NCBI GenBank assembly: GCA_024679065.1
Contig: JAGIQG010000003.1
Span: forward strand, 49,910,001 to 49,974,000
Length of the DNA: 64,000 nucleotides
Direction: 5' to 3'
From: Sphyrna mokarran
Taxonomy: Eukaryota
The notes beneath the pieces are model-generated. The model did not search any database, was not told where the DNA came from, and saw nothing but the letters and a program-made list of their open reading frames with translations. The position numbers and the translations under genes are program-made. Below are positions 1-12,290 of this stretch, in pieces. The stretch's first letter is position 1, and every line of letters begins with the position of its first letter.

Positions 1-54
1 TGGAGGGATACACTTAGCATGCTGGTGAAAAGTGCTCCTTATGTTTTTTTATTT

Positions 55-575
55 TTATGTAGGACATGGGCATCACTAGCTAGGTCAACATCTTTTGCCC
101 ATCCATAATTGACCACATGAAGATGGTGGTGAGTCACATTCTTGAACCATTGCAGTTTATGTGGTGTACGTACCCATAATGCTACTAGGGAGAGAGTCTC
201 AAGATTTTTGACCCAGTGACAATAAAGGAATGCTAATATATTTCCAAGTCAGAATGGTGAGTGGCTTGGAGGGGAACATCTAATCTAGTTGATGGTGTCC
301 CCATGTATCTGCTGCTCTTGGCATTCTAGATGGTAGAGATCAGGTGTTGAAGTGCTGTCGAAAGACCTTGATGTGTTGTTGCAGTACATCTTGTACTTGG
401 GTACATGTTCCTGCCACTATGTGTTGTTGGTGGAGGGAGTGAATGTTTATGGTTGTGAATTAGGTGCCAATCAATTTGGTTGCTTTGTCTTGGATGGTAT
501 TGAGTTTCTTGAGTGTTAGTAGATCTGTATTCATCCAGGAATGTAGTAAGTATTTCATCACGCTGCTGTCAGGAA
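55..575 (-). mobile_element. 3' end of an L2/CR1-group LINE (decayed)
   Basis: Reverse complement of the tail also seen at 28440-28486, 33300 and 60285 ('catcactagctaggtcaacatcttttgcccatccataattg...'). No intact ORF. Confidence 0.7.
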
Positions 576-581
576 GTGAGT

Positions 582-990
582 AACATAACATAAGGAACAG
601 CTGCAGGGTTAGGAGATATGACCCAAAAAGTGTGTTATGTAATTCAGTAAGATTGTGGCTGATCTTCTAGCTGAGCTGTAATTTTTTCCTGATTCCCATT
701 TTCCCTTGATACCAACATTCTATCAGTTTCAATCTTGACTATATCCATGTCATTCTGGGCTAGTGAATACCAAAGATTCTGAACTCTGAGTGATGAAATT
801 TCTCCTCTCATTACTTTAAATAGTTTAGGCCTTGTATGAGATGGTGCCTCCTAATTCTAGATTCTGCAGCCAATGGAAGCAACCTGCTAAGCATTCTCAA
901 TTTTTTTTAATGAGATTTCCTCTCATTTTTCTGAACTCCAGGGAGAGAGAGATCCATTTTAGTTGATCCTCATAGGATGGCCGCCTTCCT
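582..990 (-). mobile_element. CR1-type LINE 3' fragment
   Basis: Starts with an 'aacataacataag' tail repeat and contains 'gaaatttctcctc', as do the minus-strand CR1 tails at 10081, 16000 and 59565. Confidence 0.6.
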
Positions 991-3159
991 ATCTTCTCAG
1001 AAGTCTTTTTAAAAGAAATCTAGTTTTCTATTGATCCTATCAAAGGAACATTGTGTTTCCGCACCTGCCACCTTGCTCATTCAGTTAATGTATTTATTTC
1101 CTTTTGCGGAATTGGAGGTGACGAGGCTTCAATCATCCCTTCTCATGAAGGCATATTGTACCTTCCAACAGCCCTGAGAACTTGTAGGCAACTTTCCAGG
1201 TTTACTTTACAGGCTTCCCACTTGGGTACTCCCTATTCCAGGCACTCGTAAACAATAATTGCCTACTTGGCAACTGGACAGAAAGGCTGTCCAGGAGTTT
1301 TCCTGCCAAGTGTAGCAAAGGTAGGAAGGCAACGCAGGCCCCTCCTGGAATCCTCTAGCTTTATTAAATTCATTTCAGTTGTCACAAGGATAGGAATTCA
1401 ATAACAGCCTTTGCGTCCTTCTAGCTTCAGTGAGCTTGCAAGTCTCCAACAAGTATTGCAAGTAATGTTATGTGCCTGTGTTACTTCCTCCTCCTCTTTC
1501 TCTGATACAGTTCTCTGCTGTTGAAGCTGCATTAGCTCCTTGCTGGTCAGTGCTTCACTGTGGGACTGTAGCATCTTCTCAACGTTTTTTTGGTCAACTT
1601 GAAATAATCCTACTTTGTTGGCCAGTCATTATATCTTTGCGAATAGATTCGGTAGACTCTCTGAAGGACAGAAGTCATGAAAATCACACACTCGTTCAAT
1701 AATCATTCCATGTTTTCTAGCGAATTGTCACGATCTTCTCTTTGTCCTTAATGCTGCACATAACCGTTTGGTGAAGCCCCAGTGGCTCTTTATGGCTTTT
1801 GGTTTTTCACTTGTATCATCATGTCATAACGTATCTAATTTCTGTGTAAGTAATGGCTTGTATCTTCCTTTAGAAGGTAATGGGTGTCCGTGTCACTTAA
1901 TGCTTGTTTATTAGCTATCTTGTAAATATTGGCATTATTAGCAGGTACAATAATCATGTAGAATAAAGTAACACAATCTAACATAACTTCAGATAATTTC
2001 AAATCTGTACATGTAAATATATCCGCAAACTGTTTACACACTGCACTTAGCTAGTCCGCAAGTCTGCGTATTGAAAATGTTGCAATATGCTTGCTTTGAT
2101 CACCACAATGTCTGTTATGTACGGTTAATTTCGGCCACAAAATACAACTTGTGTAGATCCCAACCACTTTTCAAATCGGTACATAATACATACAATAAAT
2201 AAATGGATACTGATTTGTTAACTACTTACTAACAAAGCTACGTTATTGAAAACTCCTTGGAACATAGTATAGATTGTAAATAGCCGAGGCTCCAGCTCTG
2301 ATTTTCAGTGCAGACTACTAGAACAGCCTACAAACTGAAAAATTACGTTATCCCTACTTTTTGTTTACTGACCTTTTTTTAGCAAATCCTCTTTCCATGC
2401 TAATGTATCTTCCACATAAATCCTTGTGCAACAACCTTTTCATGTGGAACCGTTTTGGCTCCCTGCTTTATTTCAATTTGTCTCCTTGGAGAGAGGCTCC
2501 TTGCTTTCAATCAGTATCCCCCTGGTAATAATGTATTATGTAGAATTGCTGGTGTATTTACTTCCAACCACTGCAAAACACAAAGGGAACATAAATACAC
2601 TGTGTTGCCATGCTGCTTTTTCCTAATAAATGACTGTTTGGGGCATTATTAAAAATTGGGCGGAGAGAAGGAAAAGAAAGCACTTACAATGCCTTAATTT
2701 GAACAAACTTCCTGGACTGCTGTGTAGAATATTTAGGATTTATTTCCCACACAATAATTTTTGAACATAGCAATTTGGAGTAAGTAAATATTCATACCAG
2801 CTCTATAATTTGTCTTTTGTGTTTAAGACTGAGATGACTCAACAGTGATGCTATATTTGCATTTGGGGGATTTTCCAGCTTTGACAAGTTGCAGTTAGGA
2901 TTACATTCTGAAGCGTGTTTTCCATTCAAATAAAAATTGTTCACATTCAAATAAAATTAATTTTAAAAAATTGCATTAAGGGGCTTGCATGGCATGGAAG
3001 ATTAGAATATTGTTGTTCCATCTTTGGTTTTGGGGTTTGGATTTGCAATTTCAGTTCAGTGTGTATCGGCACTTAATTTGACAATGAATTAGAAATCTCG
3101 TTCAAAAATATAGTTCTAACGACAAATTGATTTAAAAAAAAAGTTTAATGAAAAAAATG

Positions 3160-3720
3160 GCCCAAAGCACTTCACAAATTAATGTACAAGGAGGAAGACA
3201 GCCAGTGAGGAAAGAAGAGATTAGGAGTGACTGAGAGTTTGGTCAAAGAGAGAAGTTTTGAGAGGATTGTTAAACATGGTGATACTTAATGAGGGTCTTA
3301 TAGTTGTAGAACTGAGGTGATTGAGGGCTGTGCCAGCAATGATGGTTTAAAGGGAAGGGATGAATACTCAATACAGTTGAGTTAGATAAAAACAATATTT
3401 AAGAGCAGATATAGGGCTGCAGTAGTTACCTCATCATACTTCTGCAATGTCCAGGAAGAGTTATAATGGGAGCCTCTGTAAATAAATGAAATAACTGATG
3501 AATGAGTAAACATTAGTGGGGAATAGCTATAAATGGCAGAGCTTTGGGCAAGTAGAAATTGTTTATGCAGATGTGGAGAATTTATGTCTGTGAATTCGAG
3601 AAGAAGGAGTAGTTCTAAGGCCTATATAAGAGTTTCAAGGCTGAATGGCTGAGATATGGAAGAGATGGAAATTAGTGTCCTTTGATGATGGATAAGATGT
3701 CAAGTTCAAAGCACCATGCA
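3160..3720 (-). mobile_element. Old L2-like LINE fragment
   Basis: Purine-rich stretch beginning 'cccaaagcacttcaca', resembling the reverse-complement L2 3' end seen at 29610 and 32575. Highly diverged. Confidence 0.4.
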
Positions 3721-4819
3721 GGATTTAAAAAGAAAATTGTTCAGGGGGTGTGTGCATTGCTGGCAGAACTAGCATTTTTTGCCCATTCCCTAATTGCCCT
3801 GGAAATGGTGGTGATGAGCCACCATGATCCGCTGCTGTCCATATTGTTGCAGGTACACCCATAGTGTTTATATTTCAAATGTCTGACATGATATCAGCTT
3901 TATGAATGATCTGGTTTAGGCACAAGGAAGTAGAGTTGTGGAGCAAAAATGAAATATTTTGACTTGGGATATATAACTTGATACCAAACAACACCCAAAC
4001 AGCAAAGAGAAGATCAACTTCTCAAGATACAGGGCAGGCATGTAGAGTACAGTGCAATAACCTACAGTGGAAAAGTCATTTATGTGCCACTGGATGATGC
4101 TGCTGAGAGGGCAATCTCCACTTGGTGATAACAAGATAGTTAAGCACAGAGCTTTAGGGCATCCTGGAAAAGACCATAAGATGTCAGAGCAGAAATAGGC
4201 CATTCAGCCCATCAAGTCTGCTCAGCTACTGTATAGGGGTGTAAAACAAGCCATTTGTAAAGATGGGTATCTTGGGATAGGAAGCTTTCAAGGGAGATCT
4301 GTAGACTTCATTAATGGAGGGGAATGATACAGTCAACAACATCGGACACTATTGAGAGGGATAATGCATATCACTATAAAGGCAGTTATGTATGTCATTT
4401 GTAGCTAGTGCTATTTCAACTCAAAGCTGGAAGAACTCCAGCAGAATGCCAGAGGACTTAGAAGGCAGACCGTGTACAAAATTAAACAATAGATATCAGA
4501 TGATATGGATTTTAAAGTGATGCATTACAATTCACATTGCTACACTGACAAATATTATTCTGAAATCAGGACAGAATGGAGAGAGGTTGTCCATGTGCTT
4601 GGAGGTATTACATCTGATGGAGAGGTTGTCATACTGGAAACAAGATTCTGTTACTCAATGTCTGTCTTCTGAAAGCTGGAAAATTTGCTTTAAAAAAAAA
4701 TGAAAGGAAGTCAGTTGCTGCATGCCATACAGAATATAGTAAGTTGTTGGATTCTTCCTTTCTCATGACAGATTATAACTCACTTAATCCATAGTACCCT
4801 AAAAGTTCTCAACTCCACT

Positions 4820-5085
4820 TGCGCGTTAAGATAATTGGGATTAAGGTAGGACGAGGAGAATCAATCTTTTCCCAGTGAGTAATTATAACCTGGGATGCAC
4901 TGCCTGAAAGGGTGACAGAAGTTAGATCCAGCAGTGACTTCGAAAAGGGAGTTGGGTAAATCCTTGAAATGGAAAAATGCTCAGGGGCGTGGAAATGAAA
5001 GTAATTGGATACTTCTTTCAGAGCCAACTCCAAGTTGAAAAGCTAGATAGACTTCTCTGCCATGTCATTCCATGATTATATTCAT
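4820..5085 (+). mobile_element. CR1 LINE 3' fragment
   Basis: 'ttttcccagtgagtaattataacctgggatgcactgcctgaaagggtgacagaag' encodes a degenerate FSQRVxxxWNxLPxxV motif of the CR1 ORF2 C-terminus, followed by 3' UTR. Confidence 0.6.
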
Positions 5086-5549
5086 TACAGCATATTCTTT
5101 CTTGATTCTTTAAATAAAATGCAGTATATAAAATTTTCTTGGATAATAAAACTGTGCGGAACTGAATTGTTTTATTTTTTTTAACTGTGTTTTGTGCTAG
5201 TGCATCATTTAGTTTTGAGATATGCAGCAATGTTTCAGTGTAATTATTTGAAATCACTCAAAAAATTTAAACCTGTTCTTTGGTTTTAAAAAAACCCCCA
5301 AATTGTTCAGTATTGTAGTGTCCACAGATTGCTATTTTTGGAAGCCAGAACTGCCCCATCATTTCTGTAGAATGCATTTTTAAATACTGGTTTTGCTAGC
5401 TTTTATTTAAAGATTGAAATATAAATTGCTAGCTGTTGATACTTTACAGTTACATTTTGTAAGTGCGGGATTTGTGTTTGGGGTCCAAATTCGCTCAGTT
5501 ATACCATTTGATCTGCTTTTTGTCGTCTTCCATTTGATGGGCACCAGAA

Positions 5550-5948
5550 TGTTTCCACATCAGCAAGCTCCTTTCACGAGCCACCAAAAGGTCACACCCG
5601 CTTCAAAACAGCTCTCTTTCCCTGTGTGGCTCCGATATAATTGGCTGATTGTGTTTGTGGAGATTGACTCTCCCCTCCCCCCCCCCCCCCCCCCCCCCCT
5701 CATCGCAGTCCCAGATAAATGCGAGCTCCCTGAGGAGAATCTCTGCGATCTGCTCTGCTCCTCTCAGACGAAGGCAGAGCCATTACGCAGTTTGCAGCTG
5801 CGGCAGAAGCATCCATTTTTGTCTGGGACCAGCTTCGTGCCTCGCAGGGGTTAGCATTTGGCCTCCCAGATGCTGTAAATCTGAACTGTCGTACGACAGC
5901 TCTTGATTCTTTCAGTCAGCAGTGGCAGCCTTCATATGATGCGCTGAG
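5550..5948 (+). promoter_or_regulatory. SCHIP1: Putative promoter and 5' UTR of the SCHIP1 MVHQ-isoform first exon
   Basis: Repeat-free and locally GC/CpG-richer segment directly upstream of the ATG at 5949. Contains ATTGG (reverse CCAAT) near 5640, a C23 run at 5677-5699 and GATAAA near 5715. TSS not determinable from sequence. Confidence 0.55.
5677..5699. repeat. Poly-C homopolymer (23 nt)
   Basis: Directly visible run of C. Confidence 0.95.
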
Positions 5949-5978
5949 ATGGTGCACCAGGAGAACTGTGCTTATCAG
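5949..5978 (+). CDS. SCHIP1: SCHIP1 alternative first coding exon, MVHQENCAYQ (phase 0 donor)
   Basis: ATG GTG CAC CAG GAG AAC TGT GCT TAT CAG then GTAAAA donor. Matches the MVHQ(E/D)NCSYQ N-terminus I recall for short vertebrate SCHIP1 isoforms. Joins in frame to AQKNERES at 41429. In-frame TGA at 5937 upstream. Confidence 0.9.
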
Positions 5979-7574
5979 GTAAAAGATGTCGTGATGTGTA
6001 GAAAGGTGCTCTCTGAGCAGCAGCAGCTTCCTTGCTTTGTATATTCTGCTTGTTCTCAGTAACACATTTAAAACAAAAAAAAGGCTTCCTAAATATTTCC
6101 CAAAATGGGACCGTGATCGCAGTAGGATTTAATGGCAGAGTGCAAAGCTTATGCAACAGTGCATCTTCGTATAGAATTTATTGTGCGTGTGTGTCGAGGA
6201 GGAGGAGGAGAAAAAGATCAAACACAGAGCCAGAGGGTAGTTGAATTCATCAGATTAAGACATTTTGTTCCAAGACAATATCTGCATTGTCACAAAACAT
6301 TAATTGATGTTTTAGTTACATAATTGTGAAAAAATTGCATTTGGGACACTTGGATAGATTGCCCAGTGGCAATTAAAGTTTTTTTTCTCTCTGGTATTAC
6401 TGTAACTAATGAGTTCATGTCCTTTGGGAATTCTGCCTGTGGTGGAGAATATGCAGCATGTTTCTTTGTGGTTATGTTACTGCCTGCTGAAAAATAGCTA
6501 TGTGAAAATCTATGATTGTAGATCTTGGTTCTATTGAGAGAAAAAAATTAAATACCAATATATTCTCTTAAATTATTACTAAACTGAATGTTGAAGGCTG
6601 TACAATATGATTGCTTTTCTGGCTGGAATTTTCTAGTAACATAATTGAACTATTTGAATAGTAGATGAAAGAAGCTAACCAGAGCCACAGAAGTAAGTGA
6701 CCTAAAATGACTTTATCTACGTGTCCTCTGGGAAGTCTGACAATGGTGGAGAGAGTGCAGCACTCTTTCTTTGTCATGTTTTGGTCACTACACTGAAATG
6801 CTTTGCTGTCAATGCTCTGGACTGCGGTGAACATTTACAGTAAATTGAGGCGCTCATCAATTATCAGTTTATAAGCACAATGTGGTGTTTCAAATTTTCA
6901 AATTTCTACAAAGATTGAACAATTTTATTTGCCACTACAAGAATAATCCCCTGAGTATAATAATTATTTCATCTGCTGTAAGAATTTAACCACATCAATT
7001 CTAACACATCCATGTATATTGGTCAAGTAGGTCTTTAGAAAATAGATGACAGAATTAACCTATGGAAGCAGAGCATGTCATGTTTACAACTGTGGAGTAC
7101 TGTACACAGACCACAACTTGAGTAACAGGTGCACATCTGGCTACTAAGTTCCGAGGGGAACGTTCAAACCTCCAAGGCAAGTTGTTGGGCTGAATGCAGG
7201 ATCCAGAGTCAATATATTGGTAAACAGCAGGAGCAACTTGAGGACTCCTGCCTTGAAAGCAGGCAGCTAAGGAAGGAGCTGAGTTTAGAAGAAAACGTTG
7301 GTGGCACATAAGTAATGGCATAGAAATTCGGCTGCACAGTGCCCATTCTTCAGGCATTACACAGCCCCCAAAGCCTCCAATAATGTGTGTGGGAGATGTA
7401 TGCCAATTACAAACCAAAGTGTGCTGTCTGCCATACTGGTAAATGACAAAATATTGGAGAGGTTCCTGCACCTGAAACAGGCACAAGTCCTTCATGTGTG
7501 CAAATAAGGGTCCTGTCACCTATTTGAAGTCCGACCTGCAAGATTGGTTTGCTATGAGGCAGATAAATCATCAC

Positions 7575-7735
7575 AGTTTATCCCTCAACATGATTAAAAC
7601 AAATTATTGGTCACGAATTACCTTGCTAAATTCCTAAATTACAGCAGTGACCACAGCTACTGATTAGCTGTAAAGGGCAATGAGACATTCTGAGATTGTG
7701 AATAACACAGTATGCATGCACATAAGTAGTTCTTA
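7575..7735 (+). mobile_element. Deu-domain SINE 3' fragment
   Basis: 'tttatccctcaacatgattaaaacaaattattggtca...ttacagcagtgaccaca...gctgtaaag' resembles the DeuSINE body and tail, and the reverse complement of 25497-25825. Confidence 0.5.
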
Positions 7736-7744
7736 AAATTTTAG

Positions 7745-7872
7745 AACACACAGAGAAAAACCACAGTGGTAGTGGGAGAACATGCAAATTCCACACAGTT
7801 ACCCAAGACTGGAATTGAACCCAGGTTGCTGGCACTGTGCGTCAGCAGTGATAACCATGCTGCTCCACACCA
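7745..7872 (-). mobile_element. HE1-type V-SINE, 5' part
   Basis: 'gggagaacatgcaaattccacacag...ggaattgaacccagg...cagcagtgataacca' is the reverse complement of the tRNA-derived head and V domain. Confidence 0.75.
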
Positions 7873-8565
7873 ATATTGTATTTTTCACATGGTTGGTTGT
7901 TTCACTTGCAAGAAGCAGGTGGGGTGGTAGGTGTATGGGAGAGTAGGTACAAGGCCTATGTTCCCCCAGTCTTGACAATGTGAATCCAACGAGACCCAGG
8001 CCTTCTTTACATGTTGCCAGTCAATGACCTGTTTGAAACAGTGAAGTAGTTGCTCATCAACATGAGGAAGAAAAATTTGGGATAGCAGGAGGCTAGTGCT
8101 TGACATCAAAGGAATGGCTATCAGCAATGACAGATGTTTGGGAGGTATTGAGGAAAATAAGGGATTTCAGGACAGGAAGGTTTTACCATCCGCCATGGTA
8201 CATGAAGCATTCTCAGAACTCCTTAATCCACAAGAAACAAAACAGAAATATATGGGCTTTCACTGGGTCCCAAATCCTCCTCATCCAATTCATTTGGTGG
8301 CAAGTGTGTAACATCTTCCTCACTCAGATCACTGTTAAATTTATTGTCAGGGTAGATGATGTCACTGGAACCAGATATGCATATTTGAAGAAAGACCGCA
8401 CTGGCTTCAGGTAGGTGCCTAAACCAATTGCTCAGAAGAGCAACTTCAAATTTAATGTGGCAGGATCTGTACAGAATGTTGACAGGTAAATCTCCTGGTC
8501 AATTGTAACTGCCTGCAACGCCAATTTCTACTAATGAGTGGAATTAAAACTAATCCTTTTGATTT

Positions 8566-8875
8566 GGGCGGCGCGGTAACGCAGCAGTTAGCACTGCTGC
8601 TTCATAGCTCCAGGAAGTATTCCAGCTTGGGTCACTGTCTATATGGGGTTTGCACATTCTCCTCGTATCTGTGTGGGTTCCTCCCACAGTCCAAAGATGT
8701 ATGGATTAGGTTGATTGACCATGCTAAAATTTGCCCCTTAGAGTCTTGATGTATAGTTTAGAGGGATTAGTGGGTAAATGTGTAGGGATATTGGGGTAGA
8801 GCCTAGTGGGATTGTGGTTGGTGCAGACTCGATGGGCCAAATGGCCTCGTTCTCACTGTAGGGTTTCTGTGATTT
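8566..8875 (+). mobile_element. HE1-type V-SINE with CR1-type tail
   Basis: Head 'gggcggcgcggtaacgcagcagttagcactgctgc', V domain 'tttgcacattctcctcgtatctgtgtgggttcctcccacagtccaaagatgt', tail 'ggtgcagactcgatgggccaaatggcct'. Confidence 0.9.
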
Positions 8876-9774
8876 TGATAAGTGAGGAGTTCATTTTTAA
8901 ATTAAAAATTGGGACTTGACTGCCACGTAGTTCTACAGATGAAACACTCTGATGCGTTTTTTTTTAAAAATATATGCTTTTCAAATCCAGAAGTAAAGAG
9001 GGCAAGAATTTCCCTTGGTTTCGTGGATCTGTGTAATCACAGATTCAGCACTGGTGTGAGTCGAGTGCCTTACTGTTGAGGTGAACCACCATTCTGTATT
9101 TCACATCTTGAGGGAAATTTGTTTTTCCTTTTTTGGGCTGAAATCCCTGCGATTGTGAGCCAGGCTCTTTCATAACGGGACAATAGCAGATTTTAAACTG
9201 AATGTACCAGTTGACAGTGACAAATGCAGACATACCCATAAGGCTGGGAAATTGTTTGCTTTGCCAAATTTGTTTTATAGCAAAGGATGCTGCAACTTGA
9301 GTAACTGAGACTATTCATTTGACCACATAAAGCAGGCATTGTTTATCACATAAGAAGGAGCTGAATGATTTGTTTGAACCTACGCACTTTTCTCTGAATT
9401 GTTTTGTTGATCATAGGAATGTTTTGATGCATTCTGGGACTGTTTGGAATGTCATAAAGGGCATGACAACAAATTCAATTTTACAGTAAAGCTTTTTTAA
9501 TGGCTTGCTTTTAAATATATTAGCTTTATTTCTCAACAATTATTTATCTTTCCAGTTAGGAAGACAGTCAAATATTTAATCAATCAAAGTTGATACCTTT
9601 TTAAAGAGAAAAAAGATTATGTAGTTTTGTACAAGGATACATTAACAGCATTGCTTCTCATATTAGTCTTAAATGTTTTAGAGTTTAAATTGGTCAGTAC
9701 CAGTTAAATCTTGGGCACACCAATGGCTATCCTCAGTTTCTGGGGGAAATGTTGGATTGAGTCACAGTTGCTGC

Positions 9775-10080
9775 TGTCACTCCACTACTGTGTACAGTTT
9801 TTAGTCAACTTACCTAAGACATTATCATTGGAAGGAGTTAAAAGAAGGTTCAAGAGACTGATTCCTGGGATGAGGGATCTTATGAAAAAAGGTTAAGCAA
9901 ATTGGGCCTAACATCATTGTGGCTTAGAAGAAAGAGAGGTGACCTAATTGAAACAGAAAAGATTTCTGAGGGGGCATGACAGGGTAGATGCTGAGAAAAT
10001 GTTCTCTCCCCATAGGGGATATCGAGAACTAGGGAGTAGAGTTTCAAAGTAATGTGTCCCGTTTAAGATGGTAATGATGA
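9775..10080 (+). mobile_element. CR1 LINE ORF2 3' fragment (interrupted, resumes near 12125)
   Basis: Translates to YCVQF...LEGVKRRFKRLIPGMRDL, the conserved CR1 'YCVQFWSP...LERVQRRFTRLIPG' region. Confidence 0.8.
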
Positions 10081-12100
10081 ATCATAAAAATTAGGAGCTG
10101 GAGTAGGCAATTTAACAACTCAGACCTGTTCTGTTATATAATATGATCATAACTGATATAATCTCAACCTCAACTCTACTTCCTGTCCATTCACCATAGC
10201 CCTTCAAACTCTTATTAATTAAAAATCCCTTTGCCTCTTTGTTGGAGTTACTTCAAGCCCTGGCATCTACAATGCTTTGGTTAGTGAATTCCAGATTCAC
10301 AAGTTTTTGAGAGAAGTAATTTCTCCTCATCTCTGATTTAAATCTGCCACCCTTTATCCTAAAACTGACCTCTTGTTCTAGATTGCCCTACAGAGGGAGC
10401 ATCCTCTCCACATCTACATTGTGAATGCCTCTCATCTTGTACACCTCAATCAGATATTTTCTTCAGGGAGTATAGGCTTAAGCAACCCAGTCACTATAAG
10501 ACAAATCCCTTGCCTCTGGAATCAATCTAGTGAGCTTCCTCTGAACTGCCTCCAATACAATTATATCCTTTAAGCAAGGGGACCAAAATGGTACATGATA
10601 TTCTAATTGCGCTGTCACTGATATGTACAGTACTGGCAACATTTCATTACTTTTATATTTTATTTCTTTAGCAATAAATGCCAAAATTCACAGAATCCCT
10701 ATAGTTCAGAAGGAGGCTGTTTGGCTTGACAAATCTGCATTGACTCACCCAGGCTTTATTCCCACAACTCCACACATTTCTCCTGCTAATCCCCTGACAC
10801 TACGATCAACTTAGCATGGCAAATCAACCTAGCCTGCACAGCTTTAGACCGTGGGAAGAAACCCACATAGACACTAGGAGAATGTCTGTGTCGAATCTGC
10901 TCAATGACTTAGGGCCAGAATTGAACCCAGGCACTTGTTGCTGTGAGGCAGCAGTGTTAACCACTGTGCTGCCCCTATTTGTCTTCTTTATTACCTGCAT
11001 ACTTATTTCCTACCATACGTGCACAAGAACACCCTGATCCTTCTGCACTGAAGTTTCTCTCCATTTGAATAATAAGTTGCCTTTGTATTTTTCCTGCCAA
11101 AAATTGATAAGCTCACACATCCATATTCAACTCCATCTGCTGAATGTTGCACCATTCACTTAACCTATCCATATCCATTTGTAAATTTCTTATTTCATTT
11201 TTGCACTTTACTGTCCCATCTATTTTTGGCCATGGTATCTACTATCCCTGCATCCAAATATAGATATTAATATTGATTGTAAATAGTTGGCAACTCGAAA
11301 AAGACCCACTTATCCCATGCTGGACTTTCTGTTGGTTAGCCAATCCTTTATCCAAACGAATAAATTTCCCCTAATCTCATGTTAACTAACTGTGTATTAA
11401 TTTTTCGCGTGGCATCAAATGCTTTCAGTAAGTCCAGAGCTACTACATCTATAGGATCACCTTTAATGCTTATTATATTTTTGAAAAACTTAAGCAATTT
11501 ACTCAAAACATGATTTACCCTTCGTTAAACCATGCTGACTCTGATGGATTGCATTTTGACTTTCTAAATGTCCTATTATTACTTCCTTTATCATGAGTTC
11601 TAACGATTTCCCAATGACAGATGTTAAACTAATTGGCCTATAATTTCTTATATTTTGCCTCCCTGCTTTACTGAATAAGGGCCTTTTATTAGCATTTTTG
11701 TCAGTCCACCAGAACCATAAGTGGCATCTAGGGAATATTGGAATTTTGTAACAAACAGATCAACTATCTCCAACTCCACTTCCTTTAAGACCCTATAAAT
11801 GTAAGCCATCAAGCTTACGTTATGAGGTCTAGCCTGCCTTCAATCCCAATAGTTGGTGCAATACTTTTCCCTAGTAATGATAATTGGAAGTTCCTCCCTT
11901 TTCTATAATCTCTGCATTTCTGTTACTATTGGAATGGTACTTGTGTACTCCAGTGTAAAAACTGAAGGAAAATATTGATGTAGTGTCTCTGCCATTTCTG
12001 CACTCCCCACTTTCCAAGGGACCAACATTCACTTTAGCTATTCTCCTCTTCTTTATAATACTGATAAATGCTTTTATGTGTAAAAAAATTTTCTTTTATT
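10081..12100 (-). mobile_element. CR1 LINE, about 2 kb 3' portion (RT domain to tail), decayed
   Basis: Minus ORF 10478-10684 gives QLEYHVPFWSPCLKDIIVLEAVQRKLTRLIP. Tail 'atcataaaaattaggagctggagtaggc' at 10081. Interrupted by a SINE at 10689-10975. Confidence 0.85.
10689..10975 (-). mobile_element. HE1-type V-SINE nested in CR1
   Basis: 'agaatccctatagttcagaaggaggc...gaattgaacccagg...gctgtgaggcagcagtgttaaccactgtgctgccc'. Confidence 0.85.
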
Positions 12101-12124
12101 CAAGGGTTGTTAGTTTTTGTGATT

Positions 12125-12290
12125 TTTTTTTTTTCACACACAGAGCAGTGAAGGTTGAATCATTGAATATATTCAAGATTAAATTAGGCAGATTTTTGAT
12201 TGATGAAAATCAAGGATTACAGGGCCCGGCAGAAATTGGAGTTAAGGTGACAGTAGCTTGACCGATGGATACAACAGGAAGAGAATGGTG
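12125..12290 (+). mobile_element. 3' remainder of the + strand CR1 begun at 9775
   Basis: Encodes AVKVESLNIFKIKLGRFL (CR1 C-terminal 'SLNIFKxxxDRFL'). Confidence 0.7.

Noticed and set aside
5414-5906. 146-aa and 85-aa ORFs with poly-proline
   Set aside because: The poly-Pro comes from the C23 homopolymer. The ORFs lie in the SCHIP1 promoter/UTR, start at TTG and resemble no known protein.
7055-7519. Longest ORF in the track (154 aa, minus strand)
   Set aside because: Non-ATG start, no recognisable domain and no splice context. Consistent with chance in decayed intronic sequence.
8566-8640. tRNA-like A/B-box sequences here and at 25845, 27061, 28171 and 38976
   Set aside because: They are SINE or LINE heads followed by repeat bodies. 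No complete cloverleaf, so not tRNA genes.
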